From: Waterburya sp.
GTDB taxonomy: Bacteria; Cyanobacteriota; Cyanobacteriia; Cyanobacteriales; Xenococcaceae
Direction: 5' to 3'
Assembly: GCA_965217895.1 (NCBI GenBank)
Contig: CBDCJV010000002.1
Coordinates: 416,001 to 480,000, forward strand
DNA length: 64,000 nt
Shown: positions 45,201-51,345 of the stretch, in pieces
Numbering within the stretch: position 1 is the stretch's first letter
How the letters are laid out: every line of letters starts with the position of its first letter
Notes under the pieces: generated by a model
Told to the model about the DNA's origin: nothing
Databases searched by the model: none
The model's input: only the letters and a program-made list of their open reading frames with translations
Program-made: the position numbers and the translations under genes

Positions 45201-46095
45201 AGAATCTCTGGAGATTTTACGTAATCAAGCCGATGACCTAGCAGCAATCATGGTAGAACCCGTGCAGAGTCGCAAACCAGGATTGCAGCCAGTAGAATTT
45301 TTACGGGATGTACGAGAGTTAACCGAAAAGTCAGAAACAGCATTTATTTTTGATGAGGTAGTAACAGGATTCCGCGTTCATCCTGGTGGCGCGCAGGCTT
45401 ACTTTAATATTCGAGCCGACTTGGCAACTTACGGAAAAGTAGTTGGTGGTGGCATACCCATTGGGATTTTGGCAGGAAAAGCCGAGTACATGGATGCCCT
45501 GGATGGAGGCTTCTGGAAGTTTGGCGACAATTCCATTCCTGAAGTGGGTGTCACCTTCTTTGCTGGTACTTTTGTCCGTCACCCCATGGCGTTAGCAGCA
45601 GCGGAGGCGGTGTTGTTAAAACTCAAAGAAGGCGGGGCAGATCTGCAACAATCTCTGAGCGTCAAGGTTGAGAAGTTTGTCAAACACCTCAGACAACATT
45701 TTGCTCACGTCGGCGCACCCATTAATATTGACTATTTTAGTTCCTTCTTCTATGTTACCTATCCTGATGAAGTAACCTATGGCGGTTTGCTGTTTTATTT
45801 GTTGCGCTCAAAAGGAGTTCATATTTGGGAATATCGTCCTTGTTTCTTGACTCTGGCACACACAGATGAAGATATTGAGTTTGTAATCAGGGCATTTAAA
45901 GATAGCGTGGCTGAATTACAAGGGATGGGATTATTGCCTGGGAAAACCGTTGAAACTAACGGCAACGGCAAAAGCGATCGCAATTTTCCGCCTCAACCAG
46001 GTGCGCGTTTGGGTAAAGATCCTCAAGGTAATCCTGCTTGGTATATTCCTGATCTAGAACGCCCTGGTAAGTATTTACAAGTTGGAGGTGTTTGA
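39298..46095 (+). CDS. Hybrid NRPS/PKS: A-T-KS-AT-ACP-aminotransferase
   Basis: A (YTSGSTGKPKG, NGYGPTE), T (FFDLGGTSL), KS (TACSTS, HGTAT, GHL), AT (GHSIG, HAFH), ACP (MGLDSL), class-III PLP aminotransferase (FDEVVTGFR, YGKVVGGG). Confidence 0.93.
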   Translation: MATSYNQQNSLTEKEQYRLLLEWSRNKVNYPQQKSIHQLFAEQVIKTPAKTAVILPENESIKTNQINYQELDRRANILANILQRQNVQPGTAIALMMNRSLELIVAILGILKAGGVYVPLAPSYPQERLAWMLEDSRSPIILTQSALVTSLPAHDAEIICLDRDWGKDLELDTCLPSIEVDSHSLAYINYTSGSTGKPKGVAVPHRGVVRLVIGSDFTPLDGNQTLLQLAPISFDAATFEIWGALLHGGCCVLYPDNGLPDPQTLSRVIKDYNVTTIWLTAALFNTLITEAPECLQGVKEILTGGEALSVAHIKRAQQLLPNTQLINGYGPTENTTFTCCYRLPNPLEDNVTSIPIGKAIANTEVYILDTKLQPVPIGEAGELYIGGDGLARGYLNRPDLTAEKFIPHPFKEDNTARLYRTGDEVRYLADGNIEFIGRLDNQVKLRGYRIELSEIEIALTQHDTILDAVVVCREDNRGNKYLAAYITFQTNQKINVEQLKDYLHFKLPDYMVPTSIMVIQKIPLTVNGKVDRQALPIPNQEIFSQRLQIPQTEIEKNLARIWCEVLGLEQVGIEDNFFDLGGTSLLGLQLITRIQKSFAIELRAVKLYQYPNIYKLAQYLVEKANQRSTQLKTQQNKSTSLSAGIAIVGMVGRFPGAGSVDQFWDNLCQGVESNTWFTDEQIDPSVDRELLADPNYIRARGIIEGAELFDASFFNISPREAEVMDPQARVFLELAYEALENAGYTAESFAGKIGLYAGSGQNTYFENHLCGRKEIIDRLGAFQTMLANEKDFVTTRISYKLNLTGPSISINTACSTSLVAIIQAFQGLKARQCDMALAGGVSIGTPQNRGYLYQEGGMLSPDGRCRPFDANGSGTLFNNGAGIVVLKRVEDALEDGDRIYAVIRGVGMNNDGADKVSFTAPSVNGQMNAILEAQLNAGINPETIDYIETHGTATHLGDPIELEALTQAFGTQTDAKQFCAIGSVKSNVGHLVAAAGVTGVIKTALALFNQKIPPSLNFESPNPEIDFTNSPFYVNNQLVDWEKKQNRRRAGVSSFGVGGTNAHIILEEAPLESQKSNVKSQKEFWQLLFISAKTEAALQQKTAQLQTHLQQHPDLNLADVAYTLQRGRQTFNYRRFVVCQQQEAVTALETLPPTQAITRYTEKRNPEVVFMFPGQGSQYVNMGANLYRDEPLFRNIVDRCAQILQPLLDLDLREILYPQEQNEASAALLKQTIYTQPALFTIEYALAQLWLSWGIKPVATIGHSIGEFVSACLAGVFSLEDALKLVATRAKMMWSLPPGAMLSVRLRAAEVEPLLTPELAIAAVNGPFLCVVSGANEAIAKLQQELEAKEIVCKLLHTSHAFHSPMMDAIVEPFAEVVRTLKLFPPQIPFVSSVTADWITESQATDPSYWANHLRATVRFAEGIQTLWQQPERVLLEVGPRTTAATLARQQAKDLKQQIAISSLGSKAKDDSEWAALLQALGQLWLAGVPIDWQSFYTNQKRDRLPLPTYPFERQRYWIEPLPAIASSDDSSPTAIISRENSVSIPISKESNIIMSNSRKQRLIPILKEVLEATSGLELASVDESITFLEMGLDSLSLTQVAIALKKKFKVKIAFRNLLEDYPNLDTLAAFLDTTLPADAFPAPETVAEQPVSSTPVSTMNTSFESTNSNGKGNYELKPQLIANSETSSGIEAVVAQQLQIMNQQLELLRQGGVSVTPSTVPQQPTTTQPSISPSPAAPAVKTTSEPAKPPKMHGPGAKIKKSQDTTLSSEQQQAIDRLIDRYTKRTQESKRQTQEHRPYLSDPRTVSGFSPLLKEMVYPIVTDRSAGSRLWDVDGNEYIDLTNGFGLNFFGWSPEFVKQAVIAQMDKGIEIGPQSPLAGKVAKMVSEFTGMERVAFCNTGSEAVMAALRLARTVTGRNTVAIFNGGYHGTFDEVIVRSGANLKSLPAAPGIMSSMFENILVLDYGTRESLEILRNQADDLAAIMVEPVQSRKPGLQPVEFLRDVRELTEKSETAFIFDEVVTGFRVHPGGAQAYFNIRADLATYGKVVGGGIPIGILAGKAEYMDALDGGFWKFGDNSIPEVGVTFFAGTFVRHPMALAAAEAVLLKLKEGGADLQQSLSVKVEKFVKHLRQHFAHVGAPINIDYFSSFFYVTYPDEVTYGGLLFYLLRSKGVHIWEYRPCFLTLAHTDEDIEFVIRAFKDSVAELQGMGLLPGKTVETNGNGKSDRNFPPQPGARLGKDPQGNPAWYIPDLERPGKYLQVGGV
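42512..42543 (+). repeat. Heptamer tandem repeat (STRR-like) inside the PKS coding sequence
   Basis: AAAGTCA AAAGTCA AACGTTA AAAGTCA AAAG. Confidence 0.65.
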
Positions 46096-46175
46096 TGGAA
46101 GTAAAAGTTTAAAACTATTCCGCTGCATTTTTTTGTTCCAAGGCACTTTTTAAAATATCAAACTTTTTACTTTTT

Positions 46176-47138
46176 ATGTCTTTAGTATTTAGTAATTCAG
46201 TACCTAAGCCAGCTTTACCAAATCAGATCGTCAACAAGAATTCCCAAGACTTCCGCGATAAATTCAACCAAAAATCTTTTGAGTTCTCCCATAATTTGAC
46301 AGGGCATCCTTTATTTGAGATTCCTCGCTTGCTTGAGTTGGCAAATACCATTGCACTCAAATACGATCTTAATAAGGTAGTCTGTTTATCAAGTAACATA
46401 ACACCATCTCAAAAATGGTCAGATATGACTCGTAGTGAGCAAGTATCTGAGGCGATTTCTCACATTGAAGAATCTGGTTCATTAATCTTGATCAAAAGTG
46501 CCAATCTCGATCCAGACTATAAATTTCTAATGAAGCAGATTTTAGTCGAACTGGAAGAACTTACAGGCGTTCCCCTGCAAAAAGAGATTACCTGGGCAGA
46601 AGCATATATATTTATCTCTTCTCCCAATTCAATAACTCCTTATCATATTGACCACGAATCAAATTTCCTGTTTCAAATTAAAGGTGAAAAAGATGTTCAT
46701 CTGTTTGACCAGTCAGATCGTTCAATTCTCACCGAAAGAGAAATCGAAGAATATTTTGCTGGTGATTTGCAAGCAGCTACTTACAAAGAAGAAAATCAAA
46801 ATAAAGCGAATACATACCATTTGATTCCAGGTACAGCGGTTCATCATCCATCTTTAGCCCCACACTGGCTCAAAAATAAAGATCGCGCTTCTGTTTCTTT
46901 AAGTATCAACTTCTGTCTGCGCTCGGTGGATCTCAATGCCAGAGTTTATCAAACCAACCATTTCTTAAGAAAGTTGGGTTGGAATCCAACTCCGCCTCAG
47001 TCTTCGATAATTAAGGATCGAGTCAAAATGATGGCGATGGGCGTTTTTGCGAAAAGTAAACCAGATATTAAGGATGACGTGACTTTTTCTGGCGTTACGC
47101 GCTTTAAAGAATTATCAAAAAAACTATTAAAAAAATAA
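46176..47138 (+). CDS. Cupin/JmjC-like Fe(II)/2-oxoglutarate oxygenase
   Basis: TPYHIDHESNFLFQIKGEK...PSLAPHW gives an HxD...H facial triad. Confidence 0.75.
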   Translation: MSLVFSNSVPKPALPNQIVNKNSQDFRDKFNQKSFEFSHNLTGHPLFEIPRLLELANTIALKYDLNKVVCLSSNITPSQKWSDMTRSEQVSEAISHIEESGSLILIKSANLDPDYKFLMKQILVELEELTGVPLQKEITWAEAYIFISSPNSITPYHIDHESNFLFQIKGEKDVHLFDQSDRSILTEREIEEYFAGDLQAATYKEENQNKANTYHLIPGTAVHHPSLAPHWLKNKDRASVSLSINFCLRSVDLNARVYQTNHFLRKLGWNPTPPQSSIIKDRVKMMAMGVFAKSKPDIKDDVTFSGVTRFKELSKKLLKK

Positions 47139-47144
47139 ATTACG

Positions 47145-48026
47145 ATGAAAGAAAATTCCTATAAAGGTTCTAAACAAATTTTACGTGAATTAGTAGTTAG
47201 TTTACCAGTTATCTCCGATTACTATCTTTACCACTGGGTATTTCCGAGAGCTAGTGCCAGTTGCCGAGAAGTTTTCTCATCTTTTGCCGAAGCAAGAAAG
47301 GCAATACCCAATCGGGTTTCAGTCGGCTACAACCAACCCTTGTTTTATAACGAATCTCCCCAAGAAAATATCAAAAATATGGAGATGATTGGCACCCTAA
47401 ACAAGCCCATAGATTATCCAGTGCTGGTATGGCTTCGAGAAGCATTTACTGATAGCTCTACTGTGTTTGATTTGGGAGGAAATACTGGTTTTGGTTATTA
47501 TGGCTTCCAAAAATTTATTCCCTTTCCTTCTAAACTGGAGTGGAAAGTCTGCGATCTGCCAGAAGCAGTAAAAGCTGGTAGTGAAATTTTGAAGTGTATT
47601 GACAGCCCTGGATTATCTTATACCACTAATACCGAAGACGCAGAAGGAGCAGATATCTATATTACCTGTGGCACTCTTCAGTATATGGAGCCTTCTTTAG
47701 AAGAATTACTAGGGCAGCTTACTGCCTTACCTCGTCATCTAATCATTCACCATGTCCCTTTCTACGATGGAGAAGAATACTTTACCTTTCAAAACTTACT
47801 AGAGTCTTACGTCCCCTATAAAATTCAAAATCGCGATCGCTTTATTAACTCCCTGACTAATCTTGGTTACGAACTTATTGACAGTTGGCAAGTAGATCGC
47901 ACTTGTCGCATTCCTTTTCATCCAGAACTTTTTGTCGAAGCTTATCACGGCTTTTATTTAAAACTTAAAACAGTAACGACATCGGCTCAAGCAGAGCCGT
48001 TTTTATCTCAATCAGCACATTACTAA
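47145..48026 (+). CDS. Putative SAM methyltransferase (TIGR04325-like)
   Basis: VFDLGGNTGFGYY, WKVCDLPEAV and GTLQY motifs. Confidence 0.75.
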   Translation: MKENSYKGSKQILRELVVSLPVISDYYLYHWVFPRASASCREVFSSFAEARKAIPNRVSVGYNQPLFYNESPQENIKNMEMIGTLNKPIDYPVLVWLREAFTDSSTVFDLGGNTGFGYYGFQKFIPFPSKLEWKVCDLPEAVKAGSEILKCIDSPGLSYTTNTEDAEGADIYITCGTLQYMEPSLEELLGQLTALPRHLIIHHVPFYDGEEYFTFQNLLESYVPYKIQNRDRFINSLTNLGYELIDSWQVDRTCRIPFHPELFVEAYHGFYLKLKTVTTSAQAEPFLSQSAHY

Positions 48027-48072
48027 AAATTGAAGCTGCACTTAAAAAAGATTTTTTAAAATTTAAATACCC

Positions 48073-51000
48073 ATGAATTCATTACCTGTAGACCTACAAA
48101 ATACAGCTACTGCTGTTGATTTCGATCCGTTTGCTGATGGAGATATACAACTGACTGCTCAGGCAACCGAAGCCCAAAGAGAGATCTGGGCATCTGTGAG
48201 AATGGGCGATGATGCCAACCGTGCTTATAACGAATCAGTCGAGTTGAGCTTGAAAGGAGAACTAAATCTTGAGGCACTGCAAACCTCATGGCAAAAAGTG
48301 GTCGAGCGACACGAATCTCTACGGACTACGATTAGTCCTGATGGTAACAATCTTTGTATTAGCACTTCGCCGATTTTTAAAGTATTGCCAATCGATCTGT
48401 CCCAATTGAGTCTGGAAGAGCAAGAGGCAAAAATTGTCAAATTCAAACAGCAAGCAGTCACTCAAACCTTCGACTTAGAACATGGACCTCTATTGCGAGT
48501 AGAGTTGCTAAAGCTAAATCATCACCAACACCACCTAATTTTGACTGCCCATCATATTATCTGTGATGGTTGGTCTTGGGCAGTAATAGTTACTGAGTTG
48601 GGTAAAATATATTCGGCATTAAAACAAGGAACTACAGCAGAACTAGAGCAAAGCGATCGCTTTAGTGATTATGCTCTAATGCTGGAAGAGAGCGCAAATG
48701 ATCCAGAAACCATTGCCACAGAAGAATACTGGGTACAACAATTTTCTGGTTCTGTTCCTACGGTAGATTTTCCCACAGATCGTCCCCGTCCACCCCTGCG
48801 AACCTTTAATTCTCAGCGCGAAGATTGGCAAATTTCTGAAACTTTAGTTACTGCCATCAAGCAACTAGGAACTAAGTTTGGCTGTAGTTTTATGACTACT
48901 CTGTTGTCTGGTTTCGAAGTTTTTCTCTATCGTTTAACTGGTCAAGAAGACTTAGTTGTGGGTATTTCCGCAGCAGGACAGGCAGCAACAGGTAATTATA
49001 ATTTAGTAGGACATTGTGTTAATTTACTGCCACTGCGTACTCAGATAGATTCTCAAGAGTCATTCAGCGATTACCTTAAAAAGCGTAAGACAACTGTTTT
49101 GGATGCTTATGATCGCCAACAATTTACTTTTGGTAGTTTACTGCAAAAACTAGCTTTACCTCGCGATCCTAGCCGTATTCCTTTAGTGCCGATTATTTTT
49201 AATATCGACCAAGGTTTAGATACTAACACTTTAAATTTTGACAGTTTGGAAGTTGAATTCTTTTCCAATCCTCGTGCTTATGAAAACTTTGAAATATTTA
49301 TCAATGCCACTGAGTTGCGAGGCAAACTGACTTTAGAGTGTCAATATAATACAAATTTATTTGATCGCGAAACTATTTGTCGTCGTTTGGCAGAATTTGA
49401 AACTTTATTAACTAGTATTGTTGCTAACCCCGATGAAATGATTGCCACTATTGGTCTACTGCCAAAAGCAGAACGGCAATTACTAGAACGGTGGAATCAA
49501 ACAGAAACAGACTATCCTCAAAACTTATGTATCCATCAATTAGTAGAAGCTCAAGTAGCCAAAAATCCTGACGCGATCGCAGTTGTTTTTGAAGAGCGGC
49601 AAATTACTTATCAAGAACTTAATCAACGAGCCAATAAGTTAGCTGCTTACTTGGTTAGTTTAGGAGTAAAACCAGAGGTTAAGGTAGGAATTTGTATAGA
49701 GCGATCGCTTGAAATGGTAGTTGGGTTGCTAGGTATACTCAAAGCAGGAGGAGCTTATGTTCCCATCGATCCTGCTTATCCTTCAGACAGAATTGCTTTT
49801 TTACTAGAAGATGCTCAAGTTACCGTTTTAGTTACTCAAGAATCTTTAAAATCTGGTCTACCAAAATATACAGCCAAAGTTGTTTGTTTAGATTCCGATT
49901 GGGAGACTATTAATAACACTAAAGCAATTAGTTCTATTGACATTAAACCCGATAATTTAGCCTACGTTATTTATACTTCTGGTTCTACAGGTAAACCCAA
50001 AGGAGTTTTAATTCCTCATTCTAATGCTGTCAATCTCTTACACAGCATTCAACAAAAACCAGGTTTGACAGCAGAAGATGTTTTGCTAGCGGTTACAACT
50101 ATTGCTTTTGATATTGCCCTATCAGAAATTTTCTTACCCCTATCTGTAGGCGCAAAGTTAGTCTTAGTTAGCCAGCAGGTTGCTGCCGATGGAGTTCAGT
50201 TGCTTGAGACACTAAATCTAAATACTTCTGGGGCAACCTTTATGCAGCCTACCCCGATTACTTGGCGATTATTGCTAGAGGCTGGTTGGCAGGGAAATTC
50301 AAACCTGAAAATGATTTCGACTGGGGAAGCATTACCTAGAGAGCTAGCTAATCGGTTATTGCCAATGGGGACAGAGCTTTGGAATCTTTATGGTCCTACA
50401 GAGATCACTATTTGGGCAACTAGCTGTCAAGTTAAAGAAGGCAACAAAAACATCAATATTGGATACCCTATCGCCAATACTCAAACATACATTTTAGATG
50501 CCAACTTACAGCCTGTTCCCATTGGTGTACCAGGAGAACTGCATATCGGTGGAGCGGGTGTGGCAAGAGGATATTTAAATCGTCCTGAACTCACCCAAGA
50601 AAAATTTATTGCCAATCCTTTTAGTCTAGATACTCAAAGTAGATTGTATAAAACTGGTGACTTAGCCAGATTCTTGCCCGATGGACAGATTGAGTGTTTG
50701 GGTAGGATTGACTACCAAGTAAAAGTGCGCGGCTTCCGCATCGAATTGGGAGAAATTGAAGCGATAATGGCTGAATATCCAATAGTAAAAGAAGCTGTGG
50801 CGATCGCACGAGAAGATTCGCCAGGAGAAAAATTATTGGTAGGCTATTTTGTTGCCAATACAGATGATAAAGATGCTGACGAGCATATCCCCGAACTACG
50901 TCTTTTCCTCAAAGAGAGATTGCCCGACTATATGGTGCCGACGCAATTTATGGCGTTGGATGCTATGCCACTCACGCCCAATGGCAAAGTTGATCGCAAG

Positions 51001-51345
51001 GCATTACCAAAACCCGATAATTATCGAGCGGCTCTAGCAGCTAATTATGTAGCTCCTCGTAATGAACTAGAATCACAAGTAGCTGAAATTTGGGCTGAAG
51101 TCCTTGAGGTAGAGCGAGTGGGGATTTATGATAATTTCTTTGAACTGGGTGGTTACTCCCTCTTGGCGATTCAAATTGTTTCTCGTTTACGACAAAGTTT
51201 ACAGATTGAAATTCTCTTACCCAATTTATTTGAATTACCTACCGTAGCTGATTTGGCTACCCGCATTTCGGCTTTACGTTGGGCTGCTCAAAGCCAATTA
51301 TCTAGTGAAGAAGTAGATGAAGATTACGAAGAGGGAGAATTATGA
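48073..51345 (+). CDS. NRPS module C-A-T
   Basis: C HHIICDG; A YTSGSTGKPKG and NLYGPTE; T FFELGGYSL; acidic tail DEDYEEGEL. Confidence 0.93.
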   Translation: MNSLPVDLQNTATAVDFDPFADGDIQLTAQATEAQREIWASVRMGDDANRAYNESVELSLKGELNLEALQTSWQKVVERHESLRTTISPDGNNLCISTSPIFKVLPIDLSQLSLEEQEAKIVKFKQQAVTQTFDLEHGPLLRVELLKLNHHQHHLILTAHHIICDGWSWAVIVTELGKIYSALKQGTTAELEQSDRFSDYALMLEESANDPETIATEEYWVQQFSGSVPTVDFPTDRPRPPLRTFNSQREDWQISETLVTAIKQLGTKFGCSFMTTLLSGFEVFLYRLTGQEDLVVGISAAGQAATGNYNLVGHCVNLLPLRTQIDSQESFSDYLKKRKTTVLDAYDRQQFTFGSLLQKLALPRDPSRIPLVPIIFNIDQGLDTNTLNFDSLEVEFFSNPRAYENFEIFINATELRGKLTLECQYNTNLFDRETICRRLAEFETLLTSIVANPDEMIATIGLLPKAERQLLERWNQTETDYPQNLCIHQLVEAQVAKNPDAIAVVFEERQITYQELNQRANKLAAYLVSLGVKPEVKVGICIERSLEMVVGLLGILKAGGAYVPIDPAYPSDRIAFLLEDAQVTVLVTQESLKSGLPKYTAKVVCLDSDWETINNTKAISSIDIKPDNLAYVIYTSGSTGKPKGVLIPHSNAVNLLHSIQQKPGLTAEDVLLAVTTIAFDIALSEIFLPLSVGAKLVLVSQQVAADGVQLLETLNLNTSGATFMQPTPITWRLLLEAGWQGNSNLKMISTGEALPRELANRLLPMGTELWNLYGPTEITIWATSCQVKEGNKNINIGYPIANTQTYILDANLQPVPIGVPGELHIGGAGVARGYLNRPELTQEKFIANPFSLDTQSRLYKTGDLARFLPDGQIECLGRIDYQVKVRGFRIELGEIEAIMAEYPIVKEAVAIAREDSPGEKLLVGYFVANTDDKDADEHIPELRLFLKERLPDYMVPTQFMALDAMPLTPNGKVDRKALPKPDNYRAALAANYVAPRNELESQVAEIWAEVLEVERVGIYDNFFELGGYSLLAIQIVSRLRQSLQIEILLPNLFELPTVADLATRISALRWAAQSQLSSEEVDEDYEEGEL

